Shown here: in pieces, positions 48,004-59,984 of the stretch
Position numbering within the stretch: position 1 is the stretch's first letter
Layout: each line of letters begins with the position of its first letter
Origin: Hemiscyllium ocellatum
Taxonomy: Eukaryota
DNA: 64,000 nucleotides
Direction: 5' to 3'
Assembly: GCF_020745735.1 (NCBI RefSeq)
Contig: NC_083447.1
Span: 21,594,755 to 21,658,754 of the forward strand
Notes under the pieces: model-generated
Told to the model about the DNA's origin: nothing
Databases searched by the model: none
What the model saw: only the letters and a program-made list of their open reading frames with translations
Made by a program: the position numbers and the translations under genes

Positions 48004-51000
48004 GTCCTAAGGGGGCTGTGAATGCCAGTGAGACTTTTGCCTGGAGGCCTGATCCGGGCAATGTGAACATAACCAACTTAACCTTTTGAGAAATGAACAG
48101 TGATCGTCATAAAACTCCGCCCCCACATTCCGAATTGCCAGCTCAAGTCCACACCACCCACATTGCATAGCTCTTCTCATCATATACACTGTAGGCATAA
48201 TTTATGGGGCTGCAAGGCTTCAAAAGACTCAAATAGATAAACTCAGCAGTGTCTGATGTAGCTTAATTTTAAACAAGCTGTTCTGACATATTTTGACACA
48301 CTTCTGGGGCAGCTAAGACTTGAACCCGCACTCTGATAAAGTGGAATGGACCACATCGTCGGGGTGATATATTTCACTGACCATCTTTACTGTGTTTGGT
48401 GAACTAGGTGATTACAGTAATAGCATTAGAAATCGAAGCAGATGTAGAACATTAGAACAATTGAAGCAATATCAAGATTAAGAGAGGAAAAAACCTTTAT
48501 TCAAAATCAAGATTAAGAGGGTATTCTATTGAGGCATTCAAAATTGTGGACAATTTTGACAAGGGAAAGAAGGATAGTTTAACTTCCACTGGTTAGTATG
48601 TCGGTATTTTGAAGTCACAACTTCAAGCTTGTGTGCAGGAGAGCTTGGAACAAGATGAGGAGAAACGTCAATATTCGAAGAGTTGTTTAGATTTGGAATG
48701 CGCTCCTTGGGAGATTGGTGGAGGTTTCCGAGTAGAGCTGGATATATATCAGAAAGGGATTAAGTTAGAGGGCTACAGAGATAGCATTGGAGAGTAAGAC
48801 TAGCTAGGTATCTCTTCTGTGGTGTTATATATACGGTGGGTCACATGGCCTCATTGTGTACTGTACAGTTCTATTTATGTATTTTATAACATCACTGGTG
48901 ATCAGATTATGGCCTCAACTCCACGTTCCGGCCTGTAAAAACACCTATGGTACTGCTAGCCAGACAATTTCATGATTTTGACCTCACACCAACAGTGAAT
49001 GTTTGGCAATATAATTCCAAGTTGGGATTGTAGGATCGCCTGAGATTTTTCCCATCGAACTGTCTTCCCTGCTCCTTCTAGGTTGTGGACACCACAGAAT
49101 TCTGAAACACTGTTGGAGCCAAGAAGTGTAAATGACCAGTCCTGTTGTTTCTGGTCAAGATTTCTTTGTAGACGTTCTCTCAGCCATTCATAAGGCTTCT
49201 CTGCATTGTTGTATTCTCTTTCGAGATAGTCCTTCATTAGTTCACATGGGACATTTAATTGCGTTAATGGTGCTTTCACTTGCATGCCTATCCTGATCCC
49301 TGACCCTCCCATATTTTGAAGATTTGAGGAGATGCTGAACTTTTAATCTAAAAAAAGTAATCTAAAAAAAAATCCTCAATATTTGCTATCTTGAATATTT
49401 CCCCTTTACTTTGAAAATTGGTACCAAAATGTTTTGCATTCATACCCTTTGGATTTTGTTGCTTCTCATAATATAAATGAACAGCTTCTCCAGACCTGAA
49501 TTGCATGATTGTTCATTCTAGCAGGTTCATATTGACACAGATTATTTCCATGTTTACTCCAGATTCTTATGTCCTTCTAAAAAGTGTCTCCTCATTTCCA
49601 TCTTAAATGAAGTTGTTCTCTCGATTCAAGATTCCCCTGAGAGAGAGCAGTTTCTCTCTATGTTACCCGTCAGAATTACATATATTTCAATAAGACCACG
49701 TCTGATTCTTCTAGATTCCAGTGCAGCTAAGCACAAATGTCTTATTTCATCAATCTTACATCCTATGAATGATCCCAATAAATATTCTCTGGACGGCTTC
49801 TACTGCACGTGTATCCCCCCTTATGAAAAGCAAGACAGTCCAAAGAACTCGAGGTGTAGATTCGCCAGTTCTCTGCACGATTTAGCCTGACATCTCCGCT
49901 TTTATATTTAAACACTGATTTTAGGACTGTTCGCGTGTGTTTTAAATCCCTCCAGGATCTCAGACTTCCTTCACACTGCTTCTTCCACTCGCCCTGCATT
50001 GTTCCTGTCTCGGGAACCAGCTCCAGGCCTTAGAAAAAAACCCTATTTGTGCACGTTCCTTCACTCCTTCCAAAACCCCTTGTCCCTGTAATCCCCTGCA
50101 AATGCTACAACTTCTCTATCTATGCATTCTTCTCCAGCTCCAAAATTCTATGATAATTCTTGTCTGTTCACCATTCTAGATTTCCAGGCGACTGTTGCTA
50201 CAAATATGAGGCAATAAGCCCTTGGGCCTATCGTTGTCATGCTGAAGGAGCGGCGCCTATCACCCGATGAGGGAGCGGCACTCCGAAAGCTCGTATGCTT
50301 CCAATTAAATCTGTTGGAGTATAACCTGGTGTTCTGTGATTTTTAACGTTGGGCCTACTGTTGTATTCTCTGTGCCTCTCTACTTCATTTTCCTAATTTG
50401 AAATACTCTTGCAAAACTACGTGTTTCAGCAAAGATTAGTCATCTGCCATATATTTTATATTATCCTTTATCACAAGTTTCTTGATCATGCCTCATAGTG
50501 TGTTGTACGACATTTTTATTACATCCTCAAAAAGTAATCAATTCTAATCAATCAGCTCTAAACTGTTTGTAATGCCTTCAGATCCTTCTTAAAGCAAGGA
50601 GATTAACTTGGATGCAATGATCTAAATGAGGTCTAATTAATGATTGTTACAATTTCAATATAATCTCCTCACATTTGTCTGTATTCCATTAATAAGGAAG
50701 ACTACAATGGTGCAGATATTTACAATCAAACTATTCAGAGATGTTATTGCACATCTATGGAGCAAGTGGGATTTGAACCCAATATCTTGGTCCCGAGTTA
50801 GCGACAATATCATTGCATCACAAAAAAACCCTATTCAGATATTGTGTGCTTGACTAACTACTCTGTCACCCTGTCCTACCACTTTCAATGAACGAACACA
50901 TGCATATTTCCCTTCTAGGATTAATTCATGTGACGGTTGTCTATCCTTAATTTTCCTGGAAACAGTAGTGGTAAGCTACCTTATTGAACTGGTTCAGTTC

Positions 51001-51129
51001 GCATAGTGTAGAGGTGTCCACAATACTGTTGGAAAAGAGGTTTGAGATTTTGACGCAGCAACAGGGAGGAAACAATGATACATTTCCAGAATGTTACATT
51101 GGCTTGGAGGTGAACTTAAAATGGTAATG

Positions 51130-53490
51130 TTTCAATGCATCTGCTGGAGTTGGGAGATCGATACTGCAAGTTTGGGTAATTTTACCAAGGGATCCCCTAG
51201 GCAGCAATAATCATAATGTAGTTAACTTTAATTTAAGGGACAAAGAATGTGACGAAGGCTCATGTTTTAAAATTTCAATCACGGCAGTTATTGTCTGCTT
51301 AAGACAGAAACGGATGAATTGAATTGAAATCATTTTAAGGGATAGATCAACAGAGAGAAAAAGCCAGTCATTTTAGACGTATTTCATAAAACGCAGATGA
51401 AATATATTCCAGCGAGAAAGAATGACTCTTGATGAAAAAATACACTGCTTGTGGCTGTCTAGGGAAGTTAAATAAACGAAAAAAAACCATGCAATTCTAA
51501 AGGTTAGTGGTCAGTTGGATTGCTTCAATTGGATAACAAAAAACTAAATTATAAGAATGAAGAAGCTATGGTTCAAGAAAAATCTAATTATAAATCTACA
51601 GACATTTAAAAATGAAACTTAAAAATAAAATGAGCGGTGTTTCTCTGTGGAATGAATCTAAAGAATCTAATGAAGTAGAATGTAAGAAACTGGCAGATGA
51701 ATTAAATTGATTTTTTACATGAGCCTTCATTTTAGAGGGGACCAATTGCACGTCAGAATTATTCACGGATCGGGGCGTGAAAGGGCATGATGAACTAGGA
51801 GCAACTGCAATCACGGAAGATATATTGAAGAAAAAATGTCTGAACTAAAAATTTACAGATCTAGAATTCACCCTCAAATCTTTAAAACTAGTGGCTGCTG
51901 ACACATTGATACATTTGGCTTTATTCTTGCAAAATTTCTTATGTTCCGAATTGGAACATGGGATTGAATAAGGCAAAGCCACTCTTCTGCTTAAGGAAGG
52001 CAGAGAGGAGGAAGATATGGGCCAGATAGCTTGACATCACACTGAAACCTAAGGAGATCATAATAGAGGACTTAAAATAGCTCCACGGCTATCAGGCAAA
52101 ATTAAGATAGTTCTGTAATAAAGAAGTTGTGATGAACGAATTTATTGAAGTTCTTTAAGAAGTAACAAACAACATTCATAAAAAGTGATCATAGCTGTGT
52201 TTTCGTTGAATATGCATAAGACATTTAATAATGTGCCACATTAAAGGATACTGAACAATCTAAGAACTCACGATGTGAGTGTTGACCTTAGATGGAGGAT
52301 CGGTTATCTATCAGAAATTGGAGAGGATGCATGAAAGAGCCATTTTTGGTTTGGCAACATGAAACGAGTAGAGTCCACAAGAATCATTTCTTAGTCCTCG
52401 ACTATTTACTATTTATATCAATGATTTTGTTCATGAGCTAGAATACATAGCGGTAAAATCGGCTGATAACACCGGCACGGTGGCTCAGTGGTTAGCACTA
52501 CTGCCTCACAGCACCCGAGTTCGATTGCAGCCTTGGGCGAATGTCTGTGTGGCTTTTGCACATTCTCCCTGTGTATGTGTGGGTTTTCCCCCGGTGCTCC
52601 GGTTTCCTTCCACGGTCCAAACGTGAATTGGCCATAGTGCTAAGTGCATTAGTCAGAGGGCAATGGGTTTGGGTGGGTTATTCTTCAGAGGAATGGCGTG
52701 GACTAGTTAGACCGAGGGACCTGTTTCCGCACTGTAGGGAATCTAATCTGAATGTTAATTAGGGTAGTAAATTGAGAAGAGGAAATTAGGAGTCCGAAAA
52801 GGAAAGTAAGTGAGTCCGAAAAGGAAAGTAAGTGAATGCGTAAAAGGTTGTCAAATGACGCATAATGTGGGCATATCCACTTTTGTACACTATAGTAACA
52901 CAGTATGTTAATTGTAATTGAGCGAACTCTGAGCATACAGGAGAATGTGTGTGCACTGATGATTCGTGACAACTGGTTTGCAACAGGTGATTAAGAATGC
53001 CAATAGAAAGGTGTCATTTATTTCATGGAAAATAGAAGCTAAAAATGTTTTGCTGCAGTCGTACAGAGAGTTGGTGAGGCCATATCTGGAATACCAAGTA
53101 CAGTTCTGTTGCTTCATTTGAGAAATGACATAATTGCAAAAGCAGTTCAGAAGTGGATTTTCAGGAAAATGGGGGTATCTTATAAGGTACATTTCGACAA
53201 ATTGATCTTTAATGCATTTGCATTCAAAAGAACGAAGGTGATCTTCTTCATATGATTCTGAGGGAATTGACAGGTTAGAAGTTAAAATGGATATTTCTCT
53301 TGCTTTAGAGACTAAAATTAGGAGCCATAGTTTAACAATAAGGGATCTCCCGTTTAAAACATATTTTCTCTCTCAGAACGTTCTTAAACTATTGAATTCT
53401 GTTCTGTAGAGAGCAGTGGAAACAGGATGATTAAATATTTTTAAGGCAGAGATAGACAGATTCTTGACTAACAAGGTACTTAAAGAGCAA
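51130..53490 (+). mobile_element. Old CR1 LINE relics with a nested older HE1-type SINE (52474-52750) and a 22-bp tandem duplication (52790-52833)
   Basis: Broken CR1 motifs; SINE head GGCACGGTGGCTCAGTGGTTAGCAC; GAGTCCGAAAAGGAAAGTAAGT twice. Confidence 0.65.
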
Positions 53491-54778
53491 CGGGGCTAGG
53501 CAGTTAAGCTGAGTTAAGGGACGTATTGAAATTAACAATTTTCTTCCCAATTAGGCGAATAGACTGCTCCTGCTCCGAACTGTACTTTTGCTTGAAACTT
53601 TGTGATTTGCTCTCACACCTCATGTATGTGGCGCACTCCATTCTATTGTCTGCTCTTGGTGGAGATATTAAATGTTTGTGATTGTGGATAAGCTGCCAAG
53701 TTATTGTGGCAGCCTTATCCTGGTTGACAGAAAGCCTCTCAAGAGCTGTTGTAGCTCGACTCATCCAGGCGAGAGGAGAAGTTTCCACCACATTCCCGAC
53801 TTGTGATTGAAAAAGTGGAACTTTCTTTCATGTCAGTTAGTCCAGCAGAGTAGTTGGTTTCCGGCCTGCTCTTTCTGACTCAAAATTAAATGGCTCGTCT
53901 AATTATGTTTCTGGTCAGTGATGCAGCACACGGTGTTGATGCTGGGTCATTGGGTGGTAATGCCTTTGAATTTCAAGCAGCTTTACTTAGGTTTGCATAG
54001 ACTTGGTCTTTATCCCCGGTCATACAATGCATTTTTACTGGTTAAGAAAAAAAGATTAGAAAGAAAGTTAAAATGTGCCAATAAATTTGATAAAGAAAAA
54101 CAATTCTCTGTGATGATACATCTCGACAAGTAGGCAAACATTAACTTAAATACTACAGGCTCCAAGCGTACTAAGAGGATTCATTCCTTTGCACACGTTA
54201 TCGGGTGAGTTATTGGTGTTCAGGTGAAATGGTCCTTTCAAGGCGAGTATATAAAACAAAGGCAGGAAGCTACAGCAACGACATGTTTATTTCATGATCA
54301 AGTTGAAAAGCAAAGCGGCTTTCATGAACGAATTGATCTTTTTAATGTTGCCTCGAGGCAAAATGACATGTGTCTAGGTAATAGGATCAAAGTAGTGCTT
54401 TCTACTTTGGTACAACAGAATCAAGGGAGGTTGAAATTGCTTCTACCTATGTTGTGTAACCAGTATCGTCAGGGATTATTGGCCTCTGGTAAGCTTTTAT
54501 TGAAGAATTTTGTTTCATTATCCTAGATCGACCTCTGTTGTTCTTTTGCAGAAGTGCATTGTCATTTCAGAACATCTTTTAAAAAATAAATTCTCCCTTC
54601 ATTCGTTTAATTTTACATCCTACTTTGTGTTCTGTCTTATTATCTTTCAAACACATTATTTATTTTTGCTAACTTGCTTTCTGTCTTTTTTGTCTCTTGT
54701 TATTGTAAAAACTCACGGACATAACCCGAATGGGCGTAGTTTTATTTTTCATAGTGATACGTTTCCTGCGGCCTTTGG

Positions 54779-54817
54779 AGTTCTTGTTGAGCTGCTTTAT
54801 CTCTTTGAGTCATTGTG
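54779..54817 (-). other. Recombination signal sequence, 23-bp spacer (V4)
   Basis: Minus strand CACAATG + 23 nt + ACAAGAACT. Confidence 0.88.
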
Positions 54818-55325
54818 AAGACTCCAGGCGCAGTAATACATGGCTGAGTAATTGGCTTGGAGCCTGGACGTCTTCAGGTTAAACATGGACCCTGTCATTC
54901 GCTCGGCAATAAAACCGTCCACTGTCTCCTTTGGATCCACAGCACCGGTAGTAACGGAGTAAAACAGCAACTGCAGTTCTTTCCCCGGGAATTGTCTGTA
55001 CCAGTACATTGCATCTGCACTGCTGCCATCCAGGACGCACGTCAGTTCTACTCCCTCTCCGGAGGATTTCGAGATGACGGCGGGTGATTGGCGGAGAGTT
55101 TGTGAGTTCATGTCTGGAAATACTGCAGGGAGTGGAGGCGATCAGTAACATTGGAGGCAGTGGAAGTAAAGAAATTACAATTGGGAGAAAAGAAAGACAA
55201 GGAACCAAGAGTGAAAGAAAGAGAGAGGTAAATAAAGAAAGAGAAAAGAAAGGCAGAAAAGTTGAACAAAAATTCTTACAGCGAAACATGATCATCAGAC
55301 CCAGTAATAAGTGCATCTTTAGCAT
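54818..55325 (-). CDS. TRBV: TRBV30-like V gene segment V4 (leader exon 55280-55325, V exon 54818-55113)
   Basis: Leader MLKMHLLLGLMIMFR + GTAAGA donor, TTTCCAG acceptor, in frame; SQTLRQSP...VELTC...MYWYRQFPGKELQLLFYS...MYYCAWSL. Confidence 0.9.
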
Positions 55326-55451
55326 GATCTTTCCCTCAGAACGGTAGGATTGTGAACGGGAATCTGGGGTGTTGCGAGAAATCAACCGGCTGGATCCAAA
55401 GCTAAGAAGACAATATGAAGTGCGGGGGGGGGGGGGGTCACAGACCTTACT

Positions 55452-55468
55452 CTCTCTCTGATTGGCTG
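55452..55468 (-). promoter_or_regulatory. CCAAT-box-containing upstream motif CAGCCAATCAGAGAGAG (V4 promoter region)
   Basis: About 130 bp 5' of the V4 ATG; identical 17-mer at 58387-58403 and partial match at 60620-60628. Confidence 0.55.
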
Positions 55469-56199
55469 AACATGAAGACTGCTGGGAACAGAGGGAAAGG
55501 ACTGTCAGAGATGAACTGAGAAGGCAGATGTAGTGATTTACCGGTAACAAAGTGTCGGCACAGACTAAATCACCACAGAAAGTGATGGAGAAAGCGCGAC
55601 AGATCTGGCAGCATTTATGGAGCGAGAAACGGGATTAGGTTTCCAATTCAATGAGTCTGTTTCAGAAAGTTTTTCAAAATGTTGGGAAGAAGAATCATTC
55701 GACTTGAAATTAACCACAATGTTGTTAATGTGGCTTATCACTCCACATTACTGTTAGACTTGCTGAGTTTCTCCAACAATTTCCATTTTTAAAAAAAGTT
55801 TCAACTCTCCAGCAAGCGCAGTATTTTCCTTTTAAGTAGAGCATTTAAACAAATCTGACTTGCATTCTTTTGAATTCAGAAGATCGAGGGGTGTTCTAAT
55901 TGAACTGTGTATGGTGTAAAATACATTCCAGATGATGGTATCGTAAGTTTGTGTTCTGAGGACAGAATGGAAGAACTGCACTGCATTCATTGTTCTTCAA
56001 CAGATTTGAAAGGAATCTCAGTAAAATGTATAAACGTTTGGGACAGCCAGGATAGTGCGACGTTCTCCCCCTGTTTTGCGGATATGGGAATCTAGAATGA
56101 GAGCCGCTATCTCTGAATACAATTCAGATCATTTCTCACTAAGGCGGGCAGTAATTTCTTCACTCAGAGAATGGTGAACATATGAACTCTCTTCAGGGT

Positions 56200-57290
56200 A
56201 GGGCGATGGTGAGGAAATCATTTAAGAAAGGAAGAAATGGATCACTTGATGCTAAATGTCAATAAAAAGGAAAATGTGTTAGTGTGTTTTGAAAAGCCTT
56301 AAGATAAACAAATCCGCAGGAACTGATAGGATCAGTCCCAGAATGCTGAAGGGGATAATTGAGGGAATTGATGGGTCCTGTACGAAACGTTTCTGTCACG
56401 GAAGAAGTCCAGATGGACTGGAGAATAGCTGACGTTGTTCCTTTGATTAAGAATGGCAACAGGGATTAGTTATGAAATTACAGGCCAGTGAGCCTTACGT
56501 CTGTCGTAGAGAAATCATTTGCGAAGATTCTTAGGGTTAGTATTTATTTACATTTGGAGAAATAAGGGTTTATTAGCGGTGGGCAGCATGGTCTTGTGCG
56601 GGGAAGGTCACTCTCACAGACTTGATAGTTTTTTAAAGCATTGACAAAAATGCTTGATAAAGACAGAGCTTTAGCAAACACCTTTGACAATGTCTCGCAT
56701 GGCATGCTGAAACAAAAGACGAAATCTGCGGTGAGCTGCTAAGATGTTTACAGAACTGGTTTATCCGTAGAAGACAGAGTAACCGTGGAGGGGTGTTTTC
56801 CTGACTGGAAATTTGTGACCAGTGGTTTTATGCAGGGATCAGTGCTGGGGCTCCTGTTGTTTGTAATATCTATTTGATTTGAAAGCGAATGTGGGTGTAC
56901 TGATTAATACATTTTTGGAATACACAGACTGGGGGAGTTGCAGTCAGTGAAGAGGACGGCCAGAGGACACAGGAGAATACACGTAGGCTGGAGACTTGGA
57001 CAGAGAAACAGCAGATGGAGTTTTATCCAGACAAATGCACAGTGATGCAGTTTAGAAGATTCAATGCAGCAGAGACATATAGAGAAAATTGCAGAACATG
57101 TAATGGATTCAAACTTCCCGAGACATTTGGGCACACAGATCCAAAGTTCCCAGAAAGTGGAAACACAGGTGGATAAGGTGGTCAAAAAGACATATGGCAT
57201 ACTCGCCACCATCAGTCGAAACAAAAAAGAATGAAAATCAGGTGAAGATGTATAACTTGTAGATATATAAAACTTAAGTTAGCCCAGCCC
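56200..57290 (+). mobile_element. Old CR1 LINE relic
   Basis: EDWRIADVVPL, RPVSLTSV and QQMEFYPDKC-type relic motifs with frameshifts. Confidence 0.7.
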
Positions 57291-57856
57291 TATTGGGCCT
57301 TCAGTTCCCGTCTAGCAGCCTCAGAAGGAGTCTTGTGGTGCGATGGCATTGTCATTATTGCTGAGCCAGAAGGCCTGGGTTCAAACCCTACCTGTCTGTA
57401 ACAACGCCTCTAAGCAGGTTGATCCGAAACCTAATCTGTCACAGCTTCAAGTCATCAAGGTTGTCCCCTTCTGTGACGGATGGGGATGCACTGTTCCTGC
57501 GTATGTCACTGTCGAGGGTGTGGTGGTGTCAAGTAGATATCTGACAGAATCAGAACGAACTGAATGACTTATTTGTGTCCCTGTCTGGGAATCCGAAGAG
57601 GGCTGAATGCCCTTCTTTTGTTCCTCAACGTTCCTGCCCTGAGCAGAAAACTCTGTTTCTCAACTTGCAATCTTTCCTGAAACATGTGGCCCCTCATTTG
57701 TGTTGATCGTGCTTTAAAATTTCGTCAATATCTCTGCATTTACTCTGTCTTTTTTATTCTAAGCCTTAATTATTTATTATTGTCATAAACGCTTCCGCTC
57801 TGTAGCAACAACACCTGCTGAAACTCCGCACACTTTTAAAGTGCCCTTTTTAGATT

Positions 57857-58167
57857 TGTTTTTGTCAATGCCTTTATCACTCAGAGTCACTTTGAAGACT
57901 CCAGGCCAATCATATATGGGCGAATGCTCTATCCTCAGCCCGGAGGACTTCAGATTAAACGTGTTACCATTCGTTCGCTCGGCAATGAGCCTATCCACCG
58001 CCTCCATCGGGTCCATTTTATTTGCAGCCACAGAGACAAACATGGACTGGTGCCTGTACTCGTGCATGCAACCCCTAATGTGCTCTTCCTTGCTGCACCG
58101 CGGCTCCTTTCCCTTTCCAGGAAAGGCAGATTCAGCAGTCGGGCGTCGGTGGATTTTAAGTTGAGAG
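57857..58167 (-). pseudogene. TRBV30-like V pseudogene V5 with defective RSS
   Basis: Homologous to V4/V6 (IHRRPTA, EAVDRLIAERTNGNTFNLKSS, GCCTGGAGTCTT end); frameshift at FR1 start, W of WYRQ lost, frameshift removing the second Cys, heptamer CAAAGTG with a 22-bp spacer, no leader exon found. Confidence 0.85.
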
Positions 58168-58386
58168 CTAGAACTGGAGTGTAGAATCCTGTGAGGGACA
58201 TCCCGCTCTTTTGAAATCACTGTAGAAATCAGAAACCCGAAACGTCGAATTCTCCGCCCATCATGCTGCCTGATTTGCTGTGTTGCTTCAGCCTCCTGCT
58301 TGGCTACTTCCGATTCCAGCATCCACGGATTAGACAGAAGTGAAGTAGTTGGACAGTACGCCACACTCCAACAACTCTAGGCCTCC

Positions 58387-58403
58387 CTCTCTCTGATTGG
58401 CTG
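58387..58403 (-). promoter_or_regulatory. Same CCAAT-box 17-mer upstream of pseudogene V5
   Basis: CTCTCTCTGATTGGCTG identical to 55452-55468. Confidence 0.5.
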
Positions 58404-59344
58404 CCTGGACATCCCACTCTCTGACTGCGCTGTCCTCTTTCTCTGACTGAAATTTCTCCAGTCCACCTCAGCGCTCTCTAACATTGGATGTGGATGTGAG
58501 AGTGGAATAGGAAAATGGAAGCCGATTACTAAAATAAGGTAAAAATAACGGGGGTTGGGTTTGATCAAAGGTACTTGGAGTAAAAATAGATCAGGGCACT
58601 TTCTAACTGACAAGAAATAACAAAGGCATTTAATTGCTCAACTCCACATAACTGAAAAAAGGTGGACAGTTGCACAAAGGGATTCCAGGTCAAATAGAGT
58701 TCAGCCTTCTGATCGATAGAATAACATACAAAACGGGGAGAGGTGGGGGGAAGTGGACTGCTTGATCAGTTATTTTGCAGTGTGTGGAACAATGCCCTCA
58801 GTGTTAGCTGGAGCACTCCAGAGCAGATACTTTAACCAACCATCACTGTGTTACACATTCAGCCGAATTATTTCGGGACAATAACTAAAAAGACACATGG
58901 TTGTCCTTCATTAATAAATTATCAAGCTTTAAAGGGAATGTTGACTACCATTTCAGCATTTTAGAAGCAGTATCAGAAAGAGAAATTCAGTATCAGACTA
59001 GAAGGGCAGAATTTCGCACTGGTAGGAGGTGAGAATACAGTTCGTGGTCCAAGAGTGCCCCCTGTTGCCTCCATGAAGGGAGAAAGTACCTTCCTCCCCA
59101 AATTTAAATTTCTTCACTTTTTTCATCTTTGTATTTCATCTTGTTTGCGTGTGTTATCATTATTTGTTTCATTCAGAATTAACCTTGACCTGCATACTTG
59201 AATGCTTCTAATAGAATTGCTCCAGTCGGGTTACATTCATATCCCACAACTTGTCCAATCTATTTTCTATCACGTGTTTATCCATTTTCTTCCGAAACTG
59301 CAACAATGTCAGACACCTTAATGTAGCCGTTCCAAGTGTTACTG

Positions 59345-59570
59345 GAAGAAAGTGAGGACAGCAGATGCTGGAGCTCAGAGTCGAGAGTGTGATGCTGGAA
59401 AAGCACAGCAGGTCAGGCAGAATCCGAGGAGCAGGAGTATAGACATTTCGGGAATAAGTCCTTCATCAGGAAGTGCTACTGGACTCGAAACGTTAAAGCT
59501 GCTCTTTCTCCACAGATGCTGCCATTCCTGCTGAGTTTCTCCAGCCATTTCTGTCTTTGTCCCTGCAATA
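59345..59570. mobile_element. Penelope-terminus-like short repeats with degenerate hammerhead cores
   Basis: GAAAGTGAGGACAGCAGATGCTGG head; minus-strand CTGATGAAGGACTTATTCCCGAAATGTC at about 59441-59468. Confidence 0.6.
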
Positions 59571-59945
59571 GCTATTTGCACATTCCCACCACTGTCTACG
59601 TAACGTGGCCTCTCCCGCATAAGCGTAAGTTTTTTTATAGGGATTTATATATGTGTTTCCCTCAATCTGTGTTTTCTACCGGGGGAAACAGTTTCTCTCT
59701 GTCAATAAAACCCGTTTCAAAATCGTAAAGACCTGCTCACCAGTGAGTTTTATTGTTTTCTGGGAAAAACGAACATGTTTACTCTCTTCTGGTTATCTTA
59801 AGCTCTCGGATCTAGTGCAACTGTATACTGGATCAATGACGCTCAATGTTAACCCGCTGTAATTATGAATATTGTTGTTTTGCATGAACTCAGTAATGTA
59901 GGAGGAGGTACCGGCAGCATTTTCTAAAACAGCTGCAACTCTTGG

Positions 59946-59984
59946 GGTTTTTGTTGAGCTGCTCCCTCTCTCTGAGTCACTGTG
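59946..59984 (-). other. Recombination signal sequence, 23-bp spacer, perfect consensus (V6)
   Basis: Minus strand CACAGTG + 23 nt + ACAAAAACC. Confidence 0.97.

Noticed and set aside
48956-49312. ORF with PC...EW...DWSFTLL...FCGVH resembling a C1-set or MHC domain
   Set aside because: Cys/Trp spacings do not fit C1-set or V-set, and no splice context was found.
49770-50030. Minus-strand exon-like frame after TTTCTAAG with Cys...Trp...GGYTC, suggesting an Ig domain
   Set aside because: Cys-to-Trp spacing is only 7 residues, there is no hydrophobic strand pattern, leader or RSS; likely chance or an unrecognisable relic.
54879-55550. 223-aa minus ORF spanning the V4 promoter, leader and intron
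   Set aside because: Low-complexity read-through of a pyrimidine-rich intron in a non-V frame; explained by the spliced V4 gene.
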